From a virus: a stretch of 64,000 nt of DNA. Location: positions 33,428 through 97,427 of the IMG/VR virus record IMGVR_UViG_3300048583_000100; one strand, 5' to 3'. Positions 49,711 through 58,070 of this stretch are shown one piece after another (position 1 is the first letter of the stretch; each line of letters opens with the position of its first letter). The notes below the pieces were generated by a model that saw nothing but the letters and a program-made list of their open reading frames with translations, was not told the origin of the DNA and made no database searches. The position numbers were made by a program, and so were the translations under genes.

Positions 49711-50354
49711 TGCCGCTGCCAGGGTCAGGAGCAATTTCGCTGGGTCAAATTCAGACTGAGTATGGCGGCGCTAATCCAATCTCAATATCAGAGTACTACA
49801 GAGGCGGTGGCCTTGTTCCCAACGCTGCGCCCAATCTAAGCGTGCCTACCTCTCCTGGCGCTATTAGTTTCTCAAATTTCTATGGGGGTGCGAGTGGCCC
49901 TTCTGTTAGTCTTGCTGGATTGGATTCAATGTTCTTTGGGGCATCGGCGGCTGACGTTTCTATTCCTTATCAAGCAGACGCAACTTCAGAAGTTGCGTTT
50001 ATGACAGATGGCAGGTTTGGTTCATATAGATACAATGTTCCCGGTTTTGGGTCGGGGACAACCTATTATCCAGCGACATGGTTAACGACAAGCGGACATC
50101 CAACCAGCGTGTCAGACGATTACGAGATCAGAGCAACATTGACATCTGGTAATACCCCCACTACTAATGCCGGATTGAACACATGGTTAAATCTTGGTAC
50201 CGAAAGAGTCTGGGGTAATAGCGCATTTAGAACAACTTTGGGCATCACAAACTACGGGTCTGCAATACTCTTCGAAATTAGACCTGCTGGTGGTGGAGCA
50301 GTATTGGCATCTGCCAATATGACGATAGCATGTAGCGCAGAATGTAGCATGTAA
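49710..50354 (+). CDS. Tail fibre tip/adhesin-associated protein
   Basis: MPLPGSGAISLGQIQTEYGGANPISISEYYRGG...ISFSNFYG N-terminus, typical of genes following S74 fibres. Confidence 0.75.
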   Translation: MPLPGSGAISLGQIQTEYGGANPISISEYYRGGGLVPNAAPNLSVPTSPGAISFSNFYGGASGPSVSLAGLDSMFFGASAADVSIPYQADATSEVAFMTDGRFGSYRYNVPGFGSGTTYYPATWLTTSGHPTSVSDDYEIRATLTSGNTPTTNAGLNTWLNLGTERVWGNSAFRTTLGITNYGSAILFEIRPAGGGAVLASANMTIACSAECSM

Positions 50355-50371
50355 CTAATAGGAGAACACAG

Positions 50372-50614
50372 ATGAAAATCGAGCGTAAGAGATGGATGGT
50401 GAGCTACAATGCTCGCAATAAGAAGTGGTACGCTCAGCTGAAAGGTGAAGCGAACATTGAGTACCCTACACAGGGTGCCGCAATCAAAGAGACAGTTGTA
50501 AAATGCCGCGATGGTTGGGCCAATGGTGTGCCGCATGAGCTGATCATAAAGGCTAAGAATGGAAAGATTCGAGATAATCGCACCTATGGAAATGATCCGC
50601 GGGGTGGCGGTTAA
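50372..50614 (+). CDS. DUF2188-like small protein
   Basis: TQGAAI...ELIIKAKNGKIRDNRTYGNDP. Confidence 0.75.
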   Translation: MKIERKRWMVSYNARNKKWYAQLKGEANIEYPTQGAAIKETVVKCRDGWANGVPHELIIKAKNGKIRDNRTYGNDPRGGG

Positions 50615-50670
50615 CTCGTTAGGGGATCGCAGTCGCGATCATGTTGTAAACTCTCAAAGGAGGAGTGTCG

Positions 50671-50901
50671 ATGTTTAAGGTAGAGTTCCAGGTGTCACCA
50701 ACTAAGTCGCATGACGTAAACACGGAAGAAGCATTTCCGATTTTCGTTGGTGGCTTCTTCAAGCAGCTAGACAAGCGCGGAGGTAAAGTTCTTTTCCACG
50801 TGCAAGTTACAGGCGAACCTACGGTTGAATTCGTTCAGCCAAAAGGAACTCCGGGGCAAGCAGTAATCGTCGTACCTAGCGTAGACGTAGTGGGCTCCTG
50901 A
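50671..50901 (+). CDS. Hypothetical protein
   Basis: SD AGGAGG. Confidence 0.55.
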   Translation: MFKVEFQVSPTKSHDVNTEEAFPIFVGGFFKQLDKRGGKVLFHVQVTGEPTVEFVQPKGTPGQAVIVVPSVDVVGS

Positions 50902-50921
50902 AGTAACTTCCAAATCTCAGC

Positions 50922-50952
50922 AGAAAGGGCAGCGTAAGCTGCCCTTTCTTTT
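50922..50952. terminator. Rho-independent terminator between convergent units
   Basis: AGAAAGGGCAGC-GTAA-GCTGCCCTTTCTTTT. Confidence 0.85.
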
Positions 50953-50984
50953 ATCCGGATGCGAAGTTTGAAGGACTTAAGCTG

Positions 50985-51560
50985 TTAGTAACCCGAATAG
51001 TCTCTTACTTCCACTAGCATCGGTACTGACATACCGAGATATGGTCTACGATTCATTTGACCATGAGCTCTGATTCCGCGATATTCGGCGATGTAGTTGT
51101 ATCCTACGATGCGACGATCGTACTGCATTTCGCAGTCTCTACCGCGATGACGTCCGCGTGGCTCTTCGTATCTATCACGATTGCGACGATTCATGTCGTT
51201 GCCAACTGTCGCGCCGATAGCTCCACCAGCGATCATAGCAAGGTCTCTTCCAGAGCCATCGCCTACTTGGCTACCGACAGCACCACCAACGATTGCACCT
51301 AGAACGGTGCCACCATTTAGCGAGCTGTGGTTTCGACGCTGTTCGTAACCACCGTCATAGCGATCATACCGGTCATATCGACCACGGCAGTGTCGGCCAA
51401 TTGGCACGATGTCAATGATTGGACGTCCAATCGAGACTACGCGGCCAAAGACCTGCCGAGTGTTTGCATCTCTCTGGTACTGGTAGTCATAGCCCTGAGC
51501 GGATACGGAACCCGCGAACGCCATCAGACCAACAGCGATGAATGAAAGAATCTTGTTCAT
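50985..51560 (-). CDS. Exported glycine-zipper 2TM protein (YcfJ/SlyB-like)
   Basis: Signal peptide MNKILSFIAVGLMAFAGSVSA; GTVLGAIVGGAVGSQVGDGSGRDLAMIAGGAIGA. Confidence 0.85.
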   Translation of the reverse strand: MNKILSFIAVGLMAFAGSVSAQGYDYQYQRDANTRQVFGRVVSIGRPIIDIVPIGRHCRGRYDRYDRYDGGYEQRRNHSSLNGGTVLGAIVGGAVGSQVGDGSGRDLAMIAGGAIGATVGNDMNRRNRDRYEEPRGRHRGRDCEMQYDRRIVGYNYIAEYRGIRAHGQMNRRPYLGMSVPMLVEVRDYSGY

Positions 51561-52169
51561 GATAGAACCTCTTTGTGTGGGTGACTCAATACTATTTAAC
51601 ACTGTGTGGCTCGTGAAGTACACGGATAACACAAAACAGAGCGAAATACCCTCGCTCTGTTTACCGTGCATTTACTCTGGGACTATCGATTCAGCTTTTC
51701 GGCTAGTTCGTCAGCGAAAGCAATTTTGTCGTCGCGGGTTGCGAAGTCGCCGCTTAGCACAAGAGCTGCATCATGGTCGAAATTGTTGCTCATGATGACG
51801 ATGCGCTCAACTGCTGCACCTTTAGCTGGCCAGATTTCTACGTACCATTCCTTGCTCATCGCTGTTCCTTGTACGAGGTCACTTGCTTGTAGATTCCGAA
51901 GATGATGCGGCGGTAAATTCCGAACTCGTCATCCATGCCGCTGAAGATGTCTCTGTTCCAGACGTACTTACGCCCAAGCAGCCGAACTGGCTCCCACTTC
52001 ATTTCACGCTTCGATTGACCCTTCACCTGAGATTTCCGATTTGATGTTCTCGAGAACTTCTGCTAGCTTCTCTGGTTCAAAATCGCCTACTTCTACGTAG
52101 AAGACTTTGCGATCACCCTTGAGGTCCATTCGTACTTCTTGTTCTGTTTTGCCCGTCATGTGGTTCTCC

Positions 52170-52643
52170 TTACGGCTTTAGTTCGATTCCATCTGCGCGG
52201 GCAGGGTAACCGGTCCACGGCTCCGGCAGAACTTCGACAGCTTCACCGTCAATGTTCTTGAGGATGCAGTCGTGGATGTTGGCGCCTGGTTCGATCTCGA
52301 GACGGCGATAGTACAGCGTGGCACCGAAGACTTTCGCAGTAGAGCTGATGCGCAGAGTATCTTCCGCCCAAATCTTCTTCGAAGTCACTTCGCCAGCGAT
52401 GACGATGCAGTTGGCGCTAAGTAGGGCCGAGCTGACATTTCCAGTCTTGGTGACGTGAATGACGTCACTGTTGTTCTTTGACTTTGCGCCTGGCTCTACC
52501 GCATTGCGAAGGATATCGCCCTTGACAGTACCTTCCACCTGGATAACACCGGTGAAGTTTACTGCTCCATTGATCTCAGTGCCAGCGGCAATAAGGTTGG
52601 TGAACGAATCAGTCGACAGCGTACGCTTGAAGAATTTCATCAT
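52170..52643 (-). CDS. Bactofilin (polymer-forming cytoskeletal protein)
   Basis: LIAAGTEINGAVNFTGVIQVEGTVKGDI...IAGEV...LRISSTAKV.G...LEIEPGA. Confidence 0.82.
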   Translation of the reverse strand: MMKFFKRTLSTDSFTNLIAAGTEINGAVNFTGVIQVEGTVKGDILRNAVEPGAKSKNNSDVIHVTKTGNVSSALLSANCIVIAGEVTSKKIWAEDTLRISSTAKVFGATLYYRRLEIEPGANIHDCILKNIDGEAVEVLPEPWTGYPARADGIELKP

Positions 52644-52655
52644 GTGGCTCCTAGT

Positions 52656-53234
52656 TTAGTTGGGTATTGCAAAGTCTTGCTTCAAAGCATCCCAAGCTAC
52701 TCGATTAGATCGAGCGTCGGAAAGGGCGTGGTGCGGTATCTCTTTCGTCTTGAGGAAATAGTTCATGACGTGGTCTGAGAACTTCTGTCTGATGGTCGTG
52801 TGAATGACTCGGCACGCCTCATCTGGATTTGGATCGTTGAACGTAGTACCGTAAATCCACTTCGAAATCGTCAGCCACTGGTTCTCAATGACGAGCATCT
52901 TGGGATGCTTCTCACCAAGAAGATTGAGAAGTAGATCGAAGTCAGTCTGATAGTCCGCAGAGATGACAACGAATTCGAAAGGTAGCTCATCAAACCAAGT
53001 CCACAGCCGAGCAGACAGTTCCGTTTCCTTCATTCCAAACTGCTCGGGCTTAAGCAGAGGATAGACCACCTTCTGAACAAAGTCTGATGCGTTCTTCCGG
53101 TTGAAGCTGAGATTCTCTCCGTAGAATTCATGCGCGTCGTTAATCGACAGTCCAATAGAGATGAGCTCGGGGTGAACGAACTCCGTGAACTCGGTGTCGA
53201 TGTGAACTCGAGCTATTTTGCCGATGTCAATCAC
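52656..53234 (-). CDS. DEDDh 3'-5' exonuclease-like protein (paralogue of 10316..10771)
   Basis: HIDTEF, ELISIG, PHHALSDA; probable GTG start. Confidence 0.82.
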   Translation of the reverse strand: MIDIGKIARVHIDTEFTEFVHPELISIGLSINDAHEFYGENLSFNRKNASDFVQKVVYPLLKPEQFGMKETELSARLWTWFDELPFEFVVISADYQTDFDLLLNLLGEKHPKMLVIENQWLTISKWIYGTTFNDPNPDEACRVIHTTIRQKFSDHVMNYFLKTKEIPHHALSDARSNRVAWDALKQDFAIPN

Positions 53235-53814
53235 GGTCAAACCTCGTGAACTGGAACTGCACGTCATTGTGCTCATGCCATTCCGAACGATAGGCGCAGA
53301 CATAGCGGGTGCCGTTGGGAGCAATGACCACGTCATCGTGGAAATGATCGCCGCCGATGGGGAACTTAACGTCGCCCTCTACGTTGCGATTGACGATGGT
53401 GATGAAGAGCTTTGCTGGATTCAGATTGAGCGATGCTTCGTAGATCGCCTGACCGCCGATGACGAACGTGTTGGCGTCGTCTTCCTTGTCCAGCGCATTG
53501 ATGAAGCTGCCGTTGGTCTCGTCTACACCCTCGGCACAGTAGCGAATGGCCTTGATGATGTCGCGCGTGATGACAACATTGCGTCGCTTAGGTAGCGGCC
53601 TACCAATGGACTCGAAAGTGTGCGATCCCATGATCACTGTCTTGCCAGCAGTACACTCCTTGAACCACTTGAAGTCCTTCGGCAAATGCCAAGGAATGGT
53701 ATTCGAAGTGGAATCGCCGATGGTGCCATTGAGAGCAACTGCAGCAATGACACTGAATTGCCTCTGCTTACCAGAAGGCTTCTTTGGCGATGGAAGCTGT
53801 ACGACGTTTGACAT
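53227..53814 (-). CDS. folA: Dihydrofolate reductase
   Basis: IAAVALNGTIG, IPWHLPKDFKWFK, VIMGSHTFESIGRPLPKRRNVVIT, VIGGQAIY. Confidence 0.95.
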   Translation of the reverse strand: MSNVVQLPSPKKPSGKQRQFSVIAAVALNGTIGDSTSNTIPWHLPKDFKWFKECTAGKTVIMGSHTFESIGRPLPKRRNVVITRDIIKAIRYCAEGVDETNGSFINALDKEDDANTFVIGGQAIYEASLNLNPAKLFITIVNRNVEGDVKFPIGGDHFHDDVVIAPNGTRYVCAYRSEWHEHNDVQFQFTRFDRD

Positions 53815-53851
53815 AGTCGAGGTCTCGAAAAAGAAAGAGGGCTACAAAGAC

Positions 53852-53881
53852 ATTATATCCTGGTAGCCCTCAAAAGTAAAC
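53852..53881 (-). promoter_or_regulatory. Early-type promoter GTTTAC-N18-TATAAT
   Basis: Consensus match. Confidence 0.75.
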
Positions 53882-53893
53882 TTGACGCTTTTC

Positions 53894-54082
53894 TTATCGC
53901 TTAGGCTTCACAGCCTGATTGACGCATTCGCCAGCGTTCTTCAACAGCTTGGCTGTTCTATCGAACGGACCTCTGTTGACAGAGTCAGCAGATGCTGGAA
54001 GGGTGACGATGTCTGCTACCAAAGCAACAGGCGTGAGCGCTGCCGAAATGGTCGCCTTCAAAAGATTTGTGAACACTTGCAC
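53894..54082 (-). CDS. Small hypothetical protein
   Basis: SD AGGAGG; downstream of Ro60. Confidence 0.55.
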   Translation of the reverse strand: MQVFTNLLKATISAALTPVALVADIVTLPASADSVNRGPFDRTAKLLKNAGECVNQAVKPKR

Positions 54083-54231
54083 CTCCTAGTCTTGACGTTT
54101 AAGATCAGCGATTACTTGGTCTATCTCGTAATCGCTGTACCCATCGACCCACATTGCGGATCGAATAGCAGCCTCTTCTTGTTCCTGGCTAGGTTTGAAC
54201 CACGCCAGGAACTTTAGAAAGAGCCGAGCCA

Positions 54232-55860
54232 TCAGAACTGCTGAATCAGCTGAGGAGCTGCCGAGTCAAAGCCGACGATGTCGAGCATACCAGGGTCCTT
54301 CGGGTCGGCGATCGTGAAGCTAGTCGTCGAAGTACCGCAGACGATCAGCTTCGCATCGCGGTTGTACTGCTTGCGGTAGCGCGCGAGCGCTTCTACCGGC
54401 TGCATACGACCCGCGTAGGTCTCGTTGTCCGTGATGACGATGAACTTGTCAACAGCAGACATGTTCTTCTCGATGGCCGTGAGCATTGGCAGCGAGCAGT
54501 CAGTCGAGCCCCAGCTGAAGTTGCGAATCACGTTGAGCACGTTGTCGAGACGCATTGCTGGCGTGATCTTGAGCTCGCTCATCTTCGAGTTGAAACCACC
54601 AACCCAAGAGTTCGACTCACGCTTCACGACTGCCATTGCGAGAACACCGGCAACTTCTGCAGCGGTGAGGTTAGGAGCACCGATGGCGCGTGCACCGAAC
54701 ATCGAGCCCGAGCAGTCAACGCCGATGAAGTGGCCCTGACCAGTGCTTTCGATGTACTGGAACGAATCATAGAACGCATCGTTCAGCGCATCGAGGACCG
54801 CCTGTACAGGCTGCCAGGTGAGAGTACCGCGATCACCATGGCCCTGGCGGTACTGGTTGAAAGCGTTCAAGATGGTGATCGGGTGAACTCGACCGTTCTT
54901 GATTGCCTCTGCATCAGTCAGCTTGGCGATGACAGTCTTCAGATCGCTCGAGAGCGGCTTGATGACGCCAATGTTGGTGAGCTGACCCAGCTTACGGATC
55001 AGCGCAGTCATGCCCATGTTCTGGACCAGTGCGCCCATTACATCAGCGTCACGGTGCAGTTCAGTTGGCAGCATTTCCCAGCTGATATCGCGGTAGTCTG
55101 CGATCACGCGGAGAGCGTTCTTCTTGTTCTGTGGCTCACGCTTCAGCGACTCGACAGCCGTGTACAGGCCTGGCAGAGCAACATTGGCTTCAGTGAAGGT
55201 CTCCGCACCCTTGACGGTGTAGCGGAACATGTTCGACTGGACGTCAGACTTCGGCTTCACGTGTGCGAGGCGGAGGACGTCGCGGTGCGACCAACCATCA
55301 CGAGACTGGTACTTGAGCAGCTGGACGGCGAGCTTGTCTTCGCCACGCTTGGTGTACCATGCAGCAACACCGCGCTTCGCAGCAGCGTTCCACTTGCCAA
55401 GCTCGTCAAGTGCAGAGACGAACTGGAAGAGATGCGTACCGATACGAGCCACACGAGGCAGAGCCTCGTAAGCAGCAGCGACAGTTGCTTCGTTGCCATG
55501 GATGGCGCAAAGAGCCAGCGCGAACACAGCTGGGTCGTTCTTTGGCGCGCGACCTTCGGTTGAGAACTCGACGATGCGATTCACGACACGGATGCCGTCT
55601 TCGTGGATGCACTTGATGACGTTCTTACCGGCATCCTTCGTCAGCTTCTGGGCAGAAGCGTAGTACGACGGCTTGTCGGAACCGAGGATGAGGAAGCGGT
55701 CGAGGTAGCCCCAGTTGTCTAGGACGAACGTGAAACCACCGGCATAGTTCTTGGCCATTTCGGTCTCACGACCAGCAATTGGCGAAGTCTGGCGGGTCTG
55801 CGTGGTAGCAGGGTTCGTCGACAGCGTCGAGGCGTAGAAGTTCTTGAGGTTCTTTGACAT
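54232..55860 (-). CDS. rsr: Ro60/Rsr TROVE + vWA domain RNA-binding protein
   Basis: NYAGGFTF, RFLILGS, RIGTHLFQF, KYQSRDGWSHRDVLRLAHVKP, MTALIRKLG, RVHP, DCSGSM (MIDAS), TDCSLPM, TDNET, GFDS. Confidence 0.96.
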   Translation of the reverse strand: MSKNLKNFYASTLSTNPATTQTRQTSPIAGRETEMAKNYAGGFTFVLDNWGYLDRFLILGSDKPSYYASAQKLTKDAGKNVIKCIHEDGIRVVNRIVEFSTEGRAPKNDPAVFALALCAIHGNEATVAAAYEALPRVARIGTHLFQFVSALDELGKWNAAAKRGVAAWYTKRGEDKLAVQLLKYQSRDGWSHRDVLRLAHVKPKSDVQSNMFRYTVKGAETFTEANVALPGLYTAVESLKREPQNKKNALRVIADYRDISWEMLPTELHRDADVMGALVQNMGMTALIRKLGQLTNIGVIKPLSSDLKTVIAKLTDAEAIKNGRVHPITILNAFNQYRQGHGDRGTLTWQPVQAVLDALNDAFYDSFQYIESTGQGHFIGVDCSGSMFGARAIGAPNLTAAEVAGVLAMAVVKRESNSWVGGFNSKMSELKITPAMRLDNVLNVIRNFSWGSTDCSLPMLTAIEKNMSAVDKFIVITDNETYAGRMQPVEALARYRKQYNRDAKLIVCGTSTTSFTIADPKDPGMLDIVGFDSAAPQLIQQF

Positions 55861-55906
55861 TTTGATGCTCCTTGGATACGGCTGTTTGGCATAAACAGCA
55901 AATGTA

Positions 55907-56250
55907 CATCACTCGATTCTGTTATCTCCTCCACAAAATTTGGAGTCGGAGACTTCAGTTGACGACCCGAAGGTATAGCCGAAGCTACTTGCCAACCTAG
56001 CCCATGATTTTCAGTCATGTGCGGCCAATCTGGTTATTTCTAACCAGCAACTCAGACACTTTCGAGTGTCAAAATATCGCCATTTCTACAGCGAGAATAG
56101 CTTCCTGTTTGGGGGTTAAATCAGGCCAGGAAACGGCCTACCTATTTTGCTTGACGCTCGGAATAGGCACCTAGTCCTTGCGGACGCCACCACTTCAGTA
56201 TAGGATAACCAACATCCGCCGGTGGAAGAGCTAACAGAATCGAGTGAGTG
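55907..56250 (-). ncRNA. Large Y-RNA-like structured RNA (about 340 nt)
   Basis: Perfect 16-bp terminal inverted repeat (55909..55924 with 56232..56247) continuing into a Y-like stem-bulge and TTATC; interior filled with hairpins; sits directly upstream of Ro60. Confidence 0.72.
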
Positions 56251-56266
56251 TTTGGGGAACGTTGAG

Positions 56267-56346
56267 GGTTCGAAAGAAGGAAACTAAGTAGTGACGATTG
56301 GAGGTGATCTGCAAGATAACCAATCGTCTCCGGTTTCATTCGAACC
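56267..56346 (-). ncRNA. Small Y-RNA-like stem-bulge RNA (about 80 nt)
   Basis: GGTTCGAA/TTCGAACC, GAAAC/GTTTC and GACGATTGG/CCAATCGTC stems; loop begins TTATC. Confidence 0.72.
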
Positions 56347-56365
56347 GTTATTCAGCATGTAGGTA

Positions 56366-56395
56366 ATTATACACTCGATGAGACGGAATGTAAAC
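56366..56395 (-). promoter_or_regulatory. Early-type promoter GTTTAC-N18-TATAAT driving the Y-like RNAs and Ro60
   Basis: Consensus match about 20 bp upstream of the small RNA. Confidence 0.78.
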
Positions 56396-56414
56396 TGTGC
56401 TGAAGGTATTTTAT

Positions 56415-56993
56415 TTATGAAGCGTCAACCTGACTTTCGTCAAGCTTGTAGATGATGCCAGGGCCAAGTACGAAACTGTTCTGCGGGAGAATCAGCTTCT
56501 TTGTCGGGTCACCATCGAGGTTTACGACACCATCGAAAACGAATTTGCGGATATTGCCGTCAATCCACTTGACCATAACCCAGTCGTAGATTGGGAAATC
56601 CTTGTACTTGGAATTGCTCTTCTCCGCCTTCTCTACAATGTCAATCGAGAATTCGCGAGTGCCTGCAATCTTGCCTGGCTTTCCAGGTAGATCGACATTG
56701 CCATTCTTGGAAGCTTCTTCCAGATCAACGGCGTGTTGAAGGTCTTTGACGTACTCGTCAATGTTGTTGCCGTAGATTTTGATTTGCTGGTACTGCGCGT
56801 AGATGAGCAGAATGATTCTGCCGCCAATGAATGAAGTGATGAAGCTCACACTCCCCGAAAGAAGTGTGAGCTCACCGAACCAAAACAGAACAAGCGGGAC
56901 GAAGATGATGTTAGCTATCCAGGGCATCTTCCTCGCCAACTTTCGCTGGCGAGTTAGAGCGAGGGTCATCTTTTCAGACAGACCCGCCGTCAC
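56415..56993 (-). CDS. Predicted membrane protein
   Basis: Two N-terminal hydrophobic segments. Confidence 0.65.
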   Translation of the reverse strand: MTAGLSEKMTLALTRQRKLARKMPWIANIIFVPLVLFWFGELTLLSGSVSFITSFIGGRIILLIYAQYQQIKIYGNNIDEYVKDLQHAVDLEEASKNGNVDLPGKPGKIAGTREFSIDIVEKAEKSNSKYKDFPIYDWVMVKWIDGNIRKFVFDGVVNLDGDPTKKLILPQNSFVLGPGIIYKLDESQVDAS

Positions 56994-57568
56994 GCAGCTA
57001 CTGCCTGAAGGTCTTCACGGACGCGAGACTTCTCGTCAACGAAGGCCAGCAGGAATTCCATCTGATCAGCGAGGATGTTGCGGTTCTCGAGGATGAGATG
57101 CTCTGCACGGGTAGGAATGTAAGGCAGGTAATGCAGCTGCATGCCAGCTTCCTCAGGCGTACGTGCGTCCTTCTTCTGGTTGCACTTGGCGCAAGCCGTA
57201 ACAACGTTCATCCAGATGTCCTTACCACCACGCGAACGTGGGATAACGTGGTCGCGCGTCAGCTTCGAGTCGCCGTACGTGCTTACGCAGTAGGCGCACA
57301 GATGACGGTCACGACGGAACAGCTGACGGTTGCTGAGCGAAGGCGCGCGGAACTTACGCTTGCCTGCCTCGCCCTTGACTGCGATGATTGAAGAAGTGAT
57401 GATGCGGGAACGATCGCCTGTGAACCGATTGTCACCACCCAAAATCACGCGGTCAGTCTTGCCCACTTCCCAAGAGACAAGTCCCTTAGCGTGGTAGCAA
57501 GCAGCTTCCTGCCAAGTGATCCACTTGGAAGGCTGGCCCTGAGAGTCGAGTTGTAGGATGAGTGCCAT
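56990..57568 (-). CDS. HNH endonuclease (McrA-like)
   Basis: LFRRDRHLCAYC, TRDHVIPRSRGG, NVVTACAKCNQKK. Confidence 0.92.
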   Translation of the reverse strand: MALILQLDSQGQPSKWITWQEAACYHAKGLVSWEVGKTDRVILGGDNRFTGDRSRIITSSIIAVKGEAGKRKFRAPSLSNRQLFRRDRHLCAYCVSTYGDSKLTRDHVIPRSRGGKDIWMNVVTACAKCNQKKDARTPEEAGMQLHYLPYIPTRAEHLILENRNILADQMEFLLAFVDEKSRVREDLQAVAA

Positions 57569-57768
57569 TGGTGTAGTCCTTGTTGTTTTGAAACGTTTGT
57601 GTTATGCCCTTATTTCCACTGTAGCATCATTCGAACGATCAGTAGATCGACGATGAGTGTGTTGTCCACGTCCTCATCAGCTTCGACGTATTCGAAGCCA
57701 ACAGAAACGCCCATGATGGTGTCAAAGATAATATCCAAGAAGCCTCCAACCAGACTTCCATCTGGTTT

Positions 57769-57798
57769 ATTATATCAAAGGAACCTGCCAAAGTAAAC
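57769..57798 (-). promoter_or_regulatory. Early-type promoter GTTTAC-N18-TATAAT
   Basis: Consensus match. Confidence 0.72.
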
Positions 57799-57885
57799 TG
57801 CAGGTGCAGATTTTCAGCTAATCAGAAGCTCTGATTTTGGTAATCATCTGCTCTTATTTATCTCCGCCAGCCGAGCTCGAGAAAA

Positions 57886-57916
57886 GAAAAAGGGACTCTT
57901 CGGAGTCCCTTTCTTT
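57886..57916. terminator. Rho-independent terminator
   Basis: AAAAGGGACTC-TTCG-GAGTCCCTTTCTTT. Confidence 0.85.
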
Positions 57917-58070
57917 AGCATCCAATTTGAGAAGATTTACTGCTGCGAACCATCTGCAGACTTATACTTTTCAATGAAGCTCTTTACTCGGGACCAAATT
58001 GCTTTTCCTAGTACCATCCAGAAGGGTGCAAAGGCGGCTCCGACTACAACACCGAGAATGAAGTCAATCA

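Noticed and set aside
55907-56250. tmRNA, RNase P RNA or group I intron
   Set aside because: No Ala acceptor stem with T-arm and CCA end, no recognisable RNase P P4 or intron core, and it interrupts no gene. An Rfam search is still needed to exclude these formally.
55719-56339. ORFs 55719..56018 and 56142..56339
   Set aside because: No convincing SD or motifs; they overlap the rsr start and the structured RNAs.
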